Positions 1-9,481 of a stretch of 64,000 nt of DNA are shown here, piece after piece (within the stretch, counting starts at the first letter, position 1; every line of letters starts with the position of its first letter). The notes beneath the pieces were generated by a model. The model searched no databases, was not told where the DNA came from, and saw only the letters and a program-made list of their open reading frames with translations. The position numbers and the translations under genes are program-made. This DNA comes from an uncultured Clostridia bacterium. GTDB lineage: Bacteria; Bacillota; Clostridia; TANB77; CAG-465. The stretch is taken from the NCBI GenBank assembly GCA_944386345.1, contig CALXAR010000001.1:350-64349 (forward strand). The letters run 5' to 3'.

Positions 1-369
1 TTTTAAAGCCACAAACAGCAATATCTGACCCATTTTGTTTTACACTCTTATATAGTTTTTCTGCAAATTCAGAATCGACATAATCATCTGAATCTAAAAA
101 TCCAATATATTCACCAGAGGCTTTTTTTATTCCATCAATTCTTGCTTTCCATACGCCTTCATTTTTTTTATCAATTACAACTACATTATTACTATTTTTT
201 TCATATTCTTTAAGAATATCTAATGAGCTATCTGGTGAGCCATCATTTACACATACTATCTCTATTTCTTTTAAACTCTGAGATAATAAACTGTCTAAAC
301 ATTTTCTTATATATTTTTCTGACTTATATACGGGTACAACAATACTTACTTTTGGTTTATTACTCATTT
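1..369 (-). CDS. Glycosyltransferase family 2 (partial; N-terminal 123 aa, 3' end beyond window start)
   Basis: Minus-strand translation from ATG at 369: MSNKPKVSIVVPVYKSEKYIRKCLDSLLSQSLKEIEIVCVNDGSPDS...GEYIGFLDSDDYV. GT-A N-terminal motifs present, including a DxD-like DSDD. ORF runs off the window edge. Confidence 0.7.
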
Positions 370-389
370 TCCTCCCTCTTAATATAAGT

Positions 390-1430
390 TTACCACTTAA
401 TATCTATTTTTAACTTATCAACAGCAAATCTATATATTCCAATATATACCATTGCCATATGATGCCTATATAAAAAAGCAATTACACTTAATGCCACTCT
501 CTTAAAACCTTTTTTAAAAGAATATCCAAATTTTAAAAATGGAGACTTTCTCCAAGTAGAGAAATTTTTATCTAAATATACAATAGTATCTTTTACCATT
601 TTCTTTATATCAATTGTCTTATCATATGAGGCTCTATACATAACAGACATTCCTAAATGTAAAAAGGCCATAAAGTCAATTATATATTTCATTTCTTGAT
701 ATTTATTCTCTTTTTCATATAGTTTCTTTAATTCTAATAAATATTTTTTTAAATTATCTACATCTTTGCTATTAACACTATGAATTTGAGAATCATACCT
801 TAAATAATAATGATATAAAACATCTGGTACAAAAGCAATCTTATTTATTCTTGAATATGAGCTTGCTAAAAAAATCATATCGTTAAAATTTCTAAAGTTT
901 TGAAATCTTAAATCCTTTACCTTTTCTCTTTTAAAAATTTTATTCCATGGTGCAGGATTTATAAAAACACAAAAATCATCTTTGGGATTAATTTCTTTTA
1001 CAGCATGTCCATATCCAGTCATATCTTTACTGACAACCTTATTTGTTAATAAATCAATTCTTTCAAATCCGCAAACAGCCATATCTGCATTATTTGATTT
1101 TGCAGCATCATATAGTTTTTCCGCCCAGTTTGGCTCTACATAATCATCTGTATCTACAAAAGTTATATATTCTCCACTAGCATGCTCAAGTCCAAAATTT
1201 CTTGTCGTAAATTCTCCGCCATTTTCTTTATGGTAAGCTTTTACCTTTTGAGGATATTTCTTTGCATACTCATCAATAATCTGAGGTGCAGAATCAGTAG
1301 AACCATCATCTACACACAATATTTCTATCTCTTTTAGAGTCTGATTTACTAATGAGTCAAGACATCTTGGTAAATATTTCTCCAAATTATATACAAGTGC
1401 TACAATAGATAGTTTATACTTATATTCCAT
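390..1430 (-). CDS. Glycosyltransferase family 2
   Basis: 346 aa: LSIVALVYNLEKYLPRCLDSL...CVDDGSTDS...YITFVDTDDY. Classic GT2 (GT-A) N-terminal signature; paralog of the truncated upstream gene. Confidence 0.8.
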   Translation of the reverse strand: MEYKYKLSIVALVYNLEKYLPRCLDSLVNQTLKEIEILCVDDGSTDSAPQIIDEYAKKYPQKVKAYHKENGGEFTTRNFGLEHASGEYITFVDTDDYVEPNWAEKLYDAAKSNNADMAVCGFERIDLLTNKVVSKDMTGYGHAVKEINPKDDFCVFINPAPWNKIFKREKVKDLRFQNFRNFNDMIFLASSYSRINKIAFVPDVLYHYYLRYDSQIHSVNSKDVDNLKKYLLELKKLYEKENKYQEMKYIIDFMAFLHLGMSVMYRASYDKTIDIKKMVKDTIVYLDKNFSTWRKSPFLKFGYSFKKGFKRVALSVIAFLYRHHMAMVYIGIYRFAVDKLKIDIKW

Positions 1431-1435
1431 TATAA

Positions 1436-1792
1436 TTACTCCTTAACATTTTTTTCTCTTTCGTCTGAATTTTCTTTTAGCGCTATATAATGATTTAGAT
1501 TTTTTATTTTTTCATTTAATGTAGATAATCTAATATTATCAATAAATACTTGTATTAATAAAAATACTATTATTATAAAAAATACAAAATTTACTGAAGC
1601 CATAAATCCAAGTTTATTAGCAAGCCATTGAACAGCTTGATCAAATATACTCATAAGTATTAAAACAAAGCTTCCCATCATCCAAGTAATAGAATTTTCA
1701 ACTTTAAGTTTTGCCTGTTTAATCTTCTTAACACATAAATAAAAAGATATTAGTGAGCCTATAAGTAATATAATTCTTAATGTTAATGACAT
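1436..1792 (-). CDS. Small 3-TM membrane protein with C-terminal coiled coil (DUF2304-like, typically GT2-associated)
   Basis: 118 aa with three hydrophobic helices followed by a charged C-terminal tail (LNEKIKNLNHYIALKENSDEREK). Sits between two GT2 genes. Confidence 0.45.
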   Translation of the reverse strand: MSLTLRIILLIGSLISFYLCVKKIKQAKLKVENSITWMMGSFVLILMSIFDQAVQWLANKLGFMASVNFVFFIIIVFLLIQVFIDNIRLSTLNEKIKNLNHYIALKENSDEREKNVKE

Positions 1793-1805
1793 AAGTTCTT
1801 ACCTC

Positions 1806-2501
1806 CTACTTTTCTTTCCTTGTAAATGTTCTAATAAAAATTATAGAAAGCATCATATTTACCATATATTTTATAGATTTGAAGGCATTTAAATAGCTCT
1901 CTCCAAATTCTCTTTCTCTCATTTCTACTTGAACTTCTTTAACATTTAATCCTTTTTTTATCATATATACAATTGTATCAGGCTCGGGTGTTAGGCTTGC
2001 ATTAGAATTGAACATATCTATTGCCTTTTTATTATATGCACGCATACCTGATGTAGGATCATTTATTTTTTTCCATGTTACTAACTTTATTGCGAAACTT
2101 ATAACTCTGCTTCCTAGCATTCTGGCAGTAAAAGGCTTCTTCTTCTCTACAAATCTAGAACCTATTGCAACATCCACATTATTTTTTTCTATTTCTTTTA
2201 CTAATTTTTTTAAATACTTAGCATCATGCTGTCCATCACCATCAAATTGAATTGCAATATCATATCCATTCTGTTTTGCATACTTCATTCCAACTTGGAT
2301 ACCACTAGTTAGTCCAAAATTAATTGGAAGTGATACCATGTTATAATTATTTTTTTGACATACCTCTTTTGTATTATCAGTAGAGCAATCATTAATTACT
2401 ACATAATCATAAGATGTGTTTGTAGTAATATCTTTTATAGTTTTTTCTATATTTAATGCTTCATTATATGCTGGTACAATAACTAATACTTTAATTTTAA
2501 T
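1806..2501 (-). CDS. GtrB-like GT2 glycosyltransferase (polyprenyl-phosphate sugar transferase); probable non-ATG (ATT) start
   Basis: The ORF track starts at ATG 2339 (MVSLP...), but the in-frame upstream codons encode the essential GT-A N-terminus IKIKVLVIVPAYNEALNIEKTI...VVINDCSTDNT. An AGGAGG RBS lies at 2503-2508; a TAG stop at 2508-2510 closes the frame. The only start-like codons at correct spacing are ATT (2501 or 2495). C-terminal part DGDGQHD...GSRF matches the GtrB/DPM1 family. Confidence 0.65.
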   Translation of the reverse strand: MKIKVLVIVPAYNEALNIEKTIKDITTNTSYDYVVINDCSTDNTKEVCQKNNYNMVSLPINFGLTSGIQVGMKYAKQNGYDIAIQFDGDGQHDAKYLKKLVKEIEKNNVDVAIGSRFVEKKKPFTARMLGSRVISFAIKLVTWKKINDPTSGMRAYNKKAIDMFNSNASLTPEPDTIVYMIKKGLNVKEVQVEMREREFGESYLNAFKSIKYMVNMMLSIIFIRTFTRKEK

Positions 2502-2576
2502 CGCCTCCTAAATATTATTTTCTGTAGATAATTATATTATATTATTAAACTATATTCAAACAATTTTATACATTAT

Positions 2577-2626
2577 TTTAAAAAAATATAAGTATTAGCT
2601 TTAATTCATCATTAAAACTAATACTT
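2577..2626 (-). terminator. Rho-independent terminator downstream of the GT-C-like gene
   Basis: 15/16-bp stem aagtattagctttaat / attaaaactaatactt (2590-2626), followed on the minus strand by a T-run (plus 2578-2589 A-run). Confidence 0.5.
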
Positions 2627-2633
2627 ATTAATT

Positions 2634-4790
2634 TTAAGCTATTCCCTCAAGCATTGCGTGTCCATCTACATTTATAACTCTAAATAATACATAATTTCTG
2701 CAATTCTCATAGTCTTCAAACATAAATTTCATTCTCTCAAACATCTCGTCATCTGATGAATACAAATATAAATAGTCAAACCCAGATTCTACTAAATCAG
2801 TTGAAAGTTGTTCTGCAGTTAATCCCCAATCTTGCAAATCATATGCATTCTTATCTGTTCTAATTTTCCATGCAATTGATTGATGATATGCATTTACTCT
2901 TCTTGGGAAACCATAATATCTAGCATACCACATTGCCATAATTCCATCTGAATCTTTTTGATCTAACACATATACTTGACTATCTTCTTCAGTATACTCA
3001 TTAAGTATTTCAAATTTACTTCTTAGCTCATAACTTATATCTCTTGTTTCAGCTCTCTCTTGCAGATCTGTTGCAAAATATGTAGAATCTAACACACTAA
3101 TACTTCCAAAAACAAATAGTACCACAACAGTAGTCAATATTTTTGCTCCCTTATTTTTTAAGAAGTCACTTGAGCACAAATAAGCAATTAAGAACAAGAA
3201 TATTGCTACATTAAAATTATTTATATATCTTCCAAGAGATGCAACCATTTTTGCTTCATAAACTGTAAATGTAACAAATATTGCAAGAACAGTTAAAACA
3301 TAATATAAAGCACCACCCATTGCATATGGTAAGATCTTAAACAAAGCGTCCTTCTTATTGTTTAAATACATTGCACAAAATCCAACAGCTATCATTACTA
3401 TTGTAAACTGTAATAGAGTATATTTTCCTAAAAGCTCTCCATCAAAGCTTTCAATTGCGCCATATAACACTCTTGCAATAACTTCAACATTTAACTTATA
3501 TGAAATACCTGTTTCTAGTGACTCTGGTAATACCTTAACATCATAATATTTTGGAACTATAATGTCACAGACTTTTACATATCCAAACCAGATTACAAAA
3601 AGTAGTACTATACTTATTCCTAATTTCCAATATTTTTGCCATAATTTTCCTATAGACTTCCAAAAATTCTTTATATTAAGCTTATTATCATTTAATAGCA
3701 GATAATCTCTAATAGCCATTATTACAAATAACACAAATGCTGCAATTATTCCAGTTGGCTTTAACAAAACGTTCATTGCTAAAGCTAAAAATAGCAATCT
3801 ATTTTTATTTTTTTCATCTTTATCTCTATATAATAAATAAATTACAAAACAAGTCAAATATGTTGCTGCAGCTGCATAATCTGCATATAAAGTGTCATAT
3901 GTATATGTACTTCCAAAAAGACTTGCTCCAAAAAACATGATTATTGTAAATAATGGTAAGAGCCATCTGTTACTCTTGTTAATAAGCGCAAATGTAGGCA
4001 TAATCATAACTAGTATATATAATGACAATGAAATATAAAGATTAGTTTCACTAAAACCTACAATTCTAGATGTATAATACTGCCATAGACTCATAAGTGG
4101 TGGATAGTTTCTAGTAGAAGATACAGATTCTTCACAAGTAGACAACTTATCGTATGTTGCTACAACTTTGGCATCATATGCCCAATGAGAATACTCGTCC
4201 CAAGTATGCACATATCTATTAATTCCACCAATTACAAAAACTAAAAACATTACTGAAAATATAAGCAGACTTACTCCATTAAACTTAATCTCATCAGCAC
4301 CTGGTAATTTTTTATTATTTATTGCTATATATACAAGCATTAAAATCTGTATTGCAAGCATAACATAAATAAATATTTTTAATAAATTAAAGAATGCAAG
4401 CACTAAAGCAATAAGCATTAAAACAGCATTTGAAGCAAAAATAGATATTTCAAATCTCTGTTTTGTTATTTTGCTAAATATATATGCATTGCAAATCATT
4501 GCTAAATATAAAAATATAAACTTATACATCATTTTATCTGCAAAGAAGCCATTTAGCAAAACACATGACAAAGTTACTAAACATATTCCTATTGTAAGTT
4601 TTCTATATGGTTTAAACTTCTTCCAAAATAATATAATTAATGCAATTAATAAAAACGATATAATTGTTGGAAAATTTACAAAATCTACATTGATAAATGA
4701 TTTATCAATAGCTAAATTTTGTGCATTATTAAAAATCACTAATATAAAATATAATGGTATTAAAGATATTACTTTTAAAATTGACTTCAT
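2634..4790 (-). CDS. Polytopic membrane protein, GT-C-like (YfhO/Gtr-type glycosyltransferase candidate) with C-terminal soluble domain
   Basis: 718 aa. About 11 predicted TM helices in the first 430 aa, then a 290-aa hydrophilic C-terminal domain. Lies adjacent to a GtrB-like GT2, the typical three-component glycosylation arrangement. GGAGGAA RBS. Confidence 0.45.
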   Translation of the reverse strand: MKSILKVISLIPLYFILVIFNNAQNLAIDKSFINVDFVNFPTIISFLLIALIILFWKKFKPYRKLTIGICLVTLSCVLLNGFFADKMMYKFIFLYLAMICNAYIFSKITKQRFEISIFASNAVLMLIALVLAFFNLLKIFIYVMLAIQILMLVYIAINNKKLPGADEIKFNGVSLLIFSVMFLVFVIGGINRYVHTWDEYSHWAYDAKVVATYDKLSTCEESVSSTRNYPPLMSLWQYYTSRIVGFSETNLYISLSLYILVMIMPTFALINKSNRWLLPLFTIIMFFGASLFGSTYTYDTLYADYAAAATYLTCFVIYLLYRDKDEKNKNRLLFLALAMNVLLKPTGIIAAFVLFVIMAIRDYLLLNDNKLNIKNFWKSIGKLWQKYWKLGISIVLLFVIWFGYVKVCDIIVPKYYDVKVLPESLETGISYKLNVEVIARVLYGAIESFDGELLGKYTLLQFTIVMIAVGFCAMYLNNKKDALFKILPYAMGGALYYVLTVLAIFVTFTVYEAKMVASLGRYINNFNVAIFLFLIAYLCSSDFLKNKGAKILTTVVVLFVFGSISVLDSTYFATDLQERAETRDISYELRSKFEILNEYTEEDSQVYVLDQKDSDGIMAMWYARYYGFPRRVNAYHQSIAWKIRTDKNAYDLQDWGLTAEQLSTDLVESGFDYLYLYSSDDEMFERMKFMFEDYENCRNYVLFRVINVDGHAMLEGIA

Positions 4791-4812
4791 TTCTTCCTCC
4801 GTTTAATTTACA

Positions 4813-6627
4813 CTAATTCTTATCTAATATATTTAATATCGTCTTTTGAACAACTAATAAAAGCAATAATGAAAATACTATAACATTAATAAATCCTAAA
4901 TTAATACCTATAGATAATAATTGAATTGAATTTAAAACAATTAAAACTATAATAAATAGGTAATTTTTATTCTTATTTACTAAGCTTAATATTAACGTCA
5001 TAATAATAGATAATACAAAATATAATTTTGCACTAATTAATAAACTAGAACTGCTAATAGTCTCAATTCCATTACTAAAATAATCTTTAAGATAATTAAA
5101 TTCAGTTATAATATCAGATTTTATCGTATAGTCTCCCATCTGCTCTATCACACTATCAGAGAATAAATCACAGCTAAGTGAGATATTAGAGATCATACTA
5201 TTTGTAAATAGACATATACCTAAAGCTATAATAAAACAAATACTAAAGCTTGCAACAAACGTATATAGTCTCTTCTTTTTTGGCTCATTTTTAATTATAT
5301 TTATTAATACAAAAATAAAAGTACTAATTGAAATTAATAACCCACTACTAAAATTAGATACAATTAATAATCCTAAAATTATTCCAAATGGTATAAGCTC
5401 TAGAATTCTAAATCTAAAGTTTTTATTTATTCCTATCCATATCATATATAAATTAATTAAAAAAACAGCTGTACAGAAAATAACTCCATTTGGTACAATA
5501 TTTGCAATCTGCATAACAGGGAATAATGAAACAACTATTGTTATAATATATTGAATTGTAAAAAGTATTTTTTCTCTTTTTTGAAGTTTTAGAGTTTGAG
5601 TTAAATCCAATGGCTTATTGTCGATAACCCCATTATCAATATCTTCTTGTTTTCTTCCTAATAATTTATCAGTATAAAAATTCAAATGTATATTTCTTGT
5701 CTTTGCAGTAAAAAATGTCCATAATAATGAGATAATTAAAACCTGCCAAAAAGATACACTAAAATCCGATTTTAAATTTCCTATAGGAAGTGATGTAAAA
5801 TCAAGCGGTGTTAATGCAAGTAAAGCTGACATCATTATCAAAAACATAGTAAAAAATGTAACAATATCTCTATTATTTAAAAAGAACTTAACTTTATTTT
5901 TTAAATTAATAAAGAAATCTATAACATATACTACCCAAATCATATTTTTTCTTTTCATTTTTGTTTTAAATTTTTCCATAGGACTAATCCATGTAGCATC
6001 AAAGTGATGTATCATAACTGTATTGTCAGTAAAGTTATTATGCTGATAATCATAACTTAACGGATAAAAATATTCCATAGGGTAAATATGTATCTTCCCA
6101 TCATCAAGCTCTTGTACTTTATCAAGTTCTCTATCAAATCCATATTCTTCAAAATATTTTGTTAATACTCTTGGTACACTTTCTGCGTATAAATCTCCTG
6201 TTTCATTAAATTTCTTTTTATTTTCATATATATTAACTATGTCTTTTATATATGGATTATGAGCCTCTTTTGCCCAAACAACAGCTGCATTTATCATCTT
6301 AGAGTCTTCTACTCCAAAAAATAAATCCTTCTCTAGAAATTTAGAAATGTCACCTGTAATTTCCATATCAGTATCAAGATATATTCCACCATATTCTTCT
6401 AAGACTTTAAATCTGGTATAATCTGCAACAAAAGCCCATTTTTTCTGCTCATAAGCTTCCTTTACAAAAGGACATTGATTTACATCAAATGTATTCTCAT
6501 TCCATTCCATAATCTCAAAATCGGGTAAATATTTTTTCCATGTTTGTATACACTTTTTAGTAAGATCAGATAATGGATTGCCACCAAACCAAATATAATG
6601 TATTATCTTATTACTTTTCTTTTCCAC
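4813..6627 (-). CDS. Fusion protein: N-terminal GT32-like (Gly_transf_sug, DXD) glycosyltransferase domain + C-terminal ~10-TM domain
   Basis: 604 aa, GTG start with GGAGGAAG RBS. N-terminal IHYIWFGG...KWAFVADYTRFKVLEEYGGIYLDTDMEI matches the GT32/Caps_synth motif family. Residues 230-604 are highly hydrophobic with repeated TM segments. Confidence 0.55.
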   Translation of the reverse strand: MEKKSNKIIHYIWFGGNPLSDLTKKCIQTWKKYLPDFEIMEWNENTFDVNQCPFVKEAYEQKKWAFVADYTRFKVLEEYGGIYLDTDMEITGDISKFLEKDLFFGVEDSKMINAAVVWAKEAHNPYIKDIVNIYENKKKFNETGDLYAESVPRVLTKYFEEYGFDRELDKVQELDDGKIHIYPMEYFYPLSYDYQHNNFTDNTVMIHHFDATWISPMEKFKTKMKRKNMIWVVYVIDFFINLKNKVKFFLNNRDIVTFFTMFLIMMSALLALTPLDFTSLPIGNLKSDFSVSFWQVLIISLLWTFFTAKTRNIHLNFYTDKLLGRKQEDIDNGVIDNKPLDLTQTLKLQKREKILFTIQYIITIVVSLFPVMQIANIVPNGVIFCTAVFLINLYMIWIGINKNFRFRILELIPFGIILGLLIVSNFSSGLLISISTFIFVLINIIKNEPKKKRLYTFVASFSICFIIALGICLFTNSMISNISLSCDLFSDSVIEQMGDYTIKSDIITEFNYLKDYFSNGIETISSSSLLISAKLYFVLSIIMTLILSLVNKNKNYLFIIVLIVLNSIQLLSIGINLGFINVIVFSLLLLLVVQKTILNILDKN

Positions 6628-6642
6628 AAAATCTTCCTCCTA

Positions 6643-7704
6643 TTAATCATTTAAAAAGTCTTCTTTTAATTTTTCTACTCTTTCTGAATAATCTTTTTTC
6701 CATTCTTTATATAATTTCATAATTTCATCTTTTTTTTCTAAACAAGTATTAATTTTTTCATATATTTCATCAATACTATCTTCTTCTTTAACAACAATTA
6801 AATCATTTAACTTTTCATTATTTAAAAAGAAATCTGTATTATTACCAATTATACATGGAACACCTAATTCAAAGCTCTCAAGTGGTATCATAGGAGAACA
6901 TTCTGTAAATGTTACATATAAATTAATATCATTATTTGCCATACGCTTTAATAATTTTTTTCTCTTTAAAGACATTGGTGCATCATCTGTAACTGTTTTT
7001 ATATTCATCAACTTACAAAAACTTGTAGCAAGTTTTGTTTGTGGTACAATATCAATATATGCATCTTTTACCATAGCACATGCACTTAACTGATTATATG
7101 TGTTCTTTTCCCATCTATCTCCTGAAGAGTAAAGGCCTATCTTTAATCTTTTATCTTCCTTATCTTTTTTATATTCATCTTTATCTTTAAGATGGACATC
7201 ATTCATTAAATGCTTTGCATTGTATCCCTTATATAAATAAAAGTCTGCCATTGCCTTTTTTATAAATCCAATGGAATATACAATACTTCTTTTTTGAAGT
7301 TGTAATAACTCTTCCAAGAAAGTTTGTTCATTGTAATTTACAAATAGAGCATGACTACCATGCCATATAAATTTTATCTTAATTTTTTCATCTAAATTAT
7401 GTATTTTTTCTGCTAAATCTTTATATCCATAAGCCATAGTTGCAAAAATCACTTGTTTAAAATTTTTATCTACTATAGCTTTAGCAATATTGTCAATTTG
7501 TTTTTTATTAAATATTTCATACAATTTTATACAATTATCTTTTCCAAAAAGTTCGATTGTAGCATTCATAATACCTATGCATTCAGGATTATAAATAGCA
7601 ACAAAAGAAGTATCTTTAATATCTTCAATATCTTCTATAACATCTTCTGTATAATCTTTTTGATAAAAGAATATAGATTTAATTTTTTTTACGTGTCTAT
7701 TCAT
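6643..7704 (-). CDS. GT-B fold glycosyltransferase (GT4-like, EX7E motif)
   Basis: 353 aa. C-terminal ...LYVTFTECSPMIPLESFELGVPCIIG contains E-x7-E. Paralogous to the C-terminal half of the upstream 584-aa protein; shared ending KLYKEWKK. Confidence 0.5.
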   Translation of the reverse strand: MNRHVKKIKSIFFYQKDYTEDVIEDIEDIKDTSFVAIYNPECIGIMNATIELFGKDNCIKLYEIFNKKQIDNIAKAIVDKNFKQVIFATMAYGYKDLAEKIHNLDEKIKIKFIWHGSHALFVNYNEQTFLEELLQLQKRSIVYSIGFIKKAMADFYLYKGYNAKHLMNDVHLKDKDEYKKDKEDKRLKIGLYSSGDRWEKNTYNQLSACAMVKDAYIDIVPQTKLATSFCKLMNIKTVTDDAPMSLKRKKLLKRMANNDINLYVTFTECSPMIPLESFELGVPCIIGNNTDFFLNNEKLNDLIVVKEEDSIDEIYEKINTCLEKKDEIMKLYKEWKKDYSERVEKLKEDFLND

Positions 7705-7712
7705 ATTCCCTC

Positions 7713-9467
7713 CTACATATTTAAGAAATCTATTACACTTTGTGTACTTTCTGCATCATTTTGCTTTTTCCATTCTTTATATAACTTAAATATCTCATCT
7801 TTATGTTCAAGAGCAAGCTTTATTTTCTCTTCTATAGCTGTCAAATCATCTTCCCTTTCAACAACAAGATAATCATGAAGTTTTGTACCTTGGAAATAAT
7901 GATGATTATGTCCCATTATACATATGGTTCCAGCTTCTAATGCCTCTATTGGAAGCATCGGAGCGCACTCAGAGAAAGTAACATATAAAACAATGTCTCT
8001 TTGAGCCATTCTAACAAGTAACTCTTCTCTTTTTAAATGAGTGCTTGATCCTACTATTTCAAGATCATTATAATATGCAAGTTTCTTTAATTCATACTTT
8101 AAAGGTACAACTTCTAGCTCAGCATTTTTAAATGAAGATGCAGCCATAACTTGATTAAAAGTATTTTTTCTCCAGTCAGTACTTGCAGAATATAATCCAA
8201 ATTTAAGTTTTCCATCGTCTTTTTTTGATACTTTTGCAATTTCTGCTTTTACTTCATCTGTAAGCCTTACTGTATTTTTTATAAATGCAGACGTGTATCC
8301 TTGAGAATTATAGAAATTAACAAGACTTGCCTTGCATGTCCCCATAACATCAATTACACCAGCTTTATGAAGGTTTATAACCATAAGATTAGTTCCCCAG
8401 TTTATCTCTTCGATTACTTGTGAATGACTTCCATGCCAAAAACTCTTTAGTTTTATTTGAGGCTTCTTTTCTCTAAGTTTTATGGCAATTTTATCCCAGC
8501 CATAATTAAAAGCACTAAAGATCACTTGCTTTACGTCAAGCTCAATTATCTTATCTACTATAATATCAACATTTTTATTTAAAAATACTTCTTGCATAGG
8601 AAGAAGATTTTCAAATAATTCCTTTGTAGCACTCGTTACTCCTAGCCAATTAGGATTATGAATAATTAAATATTCAGTATTCTTTCCATTCTTTTTTTGC
8701 TCAAGATATCTATCTAATGCAGCTATTGTATCTTCAATACCTACATCTTTTTTAACAGAAAATTTTCTTTTTAAATTCTGAAAGAAAAGATATTTTTTAT
8801 ATCCTATATTATTCTTTAATCTCCTCATAATAGCAAAGAAGTACTCGCAAGCAGTAGGACCTATTTTTCTTAAAACTCTTACTTTATAGCTTTGTCTAAA
8901 GCCAAGCTTTCTATTGCTGTCATAATATAAAGCTTTAATGTTGCTTGTAAATCCTTTACCAATCTTCTCATAGTCTATTGGATAAAAGAAATCATAAGGA
9001 TATATAAATGAATTCTCATCAAATTTTAATACATAATTATAGTTGTTATGCAAATCCTTTCCTGTTATCTTAGAAAAAACATCTGTTATATTCTCATAGT
9101 TTTCACTCTTTATAATATCTAAAACAGTTCCTACTGTTTTATTGTTTTTTTCCTTTACCCAAACAATATTTGTAGCAAGATCTTTATCATCGCAAAATCC
9201 AATAAAGAAATCATTCTCAAAAAAAGAATTTATTGAATTTATAAATTCAAAATCTCCATTAAGTACTAAACCACCATTTTGATATAAATATTTAAATAAT
9301 ACATACTCATTAAACAGCTTATTATCTTCATTAATCTCTTCTTTTACATCATTAGCTAGTGTATTTAAATCAATACTAACTAAATCTGCAGACTTAAAAT
9401 TTTTCTTATATTTTTCTTTTATTTTTTTTGTACAATTACAGTAACTAATCTTAATATTATTCCCCAT
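7713..9467 (-). CDS. Two-domain glycosyltransferase: N-terminal degenerate GT32/Caps_synth-like domain + C-terminal GT4-like GT-B domain
   Basis: 584 aa. N-terminal EYVLFKYLYQNGGLVLNGDFEFI resembles the GT32 motif with DxD replaced by NGD. C-terminal LYVTFSECAPMLPIEALEAGTICIMG has EX7E. The C-terminal 350 aa align with ORF 6643-7704. Confidence 0.5.
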   Translation of the reverse strand: MGNNIKISYCNCTKKIKEKYKKNFKSADLVSIDLNTLANDVKEEINEDNKLFNEYVLFKYLYQNGGLVLNGDFEFINSINSFFENDFFIGFCDDKDLATNIVWVKEKNNKTVGTVLDIIKSENYENITDVFSKITGKDLHNNYNYVLKFDENSFIYPYDFFYPIDYEKIGKGFTSNIKALYYDSNRKLGFRQSYKVRVLRKIGPTACEYFFAIMRRLKNNIGYKKYLFFQNLKRKFSVKKDVGIEDTIAALDRYLEQKKNGKNTEYLIIHNPNWLGVTSATKELFENLLPMQEVFLNKNVDIIVDKIIELDVKQVIFSAFNYGWDKIAIKLREKKPQIKLKSFWHGSHSQVIEEINWGTNLMVINLHKAGVIDVMGTCKASLVNFYNSQGYTSAFIKNTVRLTDEVKAEIAKVSKKDDGKLKFGLYSASTDWRKNTFNQVMAASSFKNAELEVVPLKYELKKLAYYNDLEIVGSSTHLKREELLVRMAQRDIVLYVTFSECAPMLPIEALEAGTICIMGHNHHYFQGTKLHDYLVVEREDDLTAIEEKIKLALEHKDEIFKLYKEWKKQNDAESTQSVIDFLNM

Positions 9468-9481
9468 ATTTTTTACCTTTC

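Noticed and set aside
2008-2250. Plus-strand ORFs embedded antisense in glycosyltransferase genes (for example 2008-2250, 3358-3546, 3737-3940, 4471-4806, 7453-7872, 9648-9884)
   Set aside because: All lie entirely inside longer, domain-supported minus-strand CDSs. They lack RBSs and have AT-rich codon-biased translations (F/I/L/Y/N-rich).
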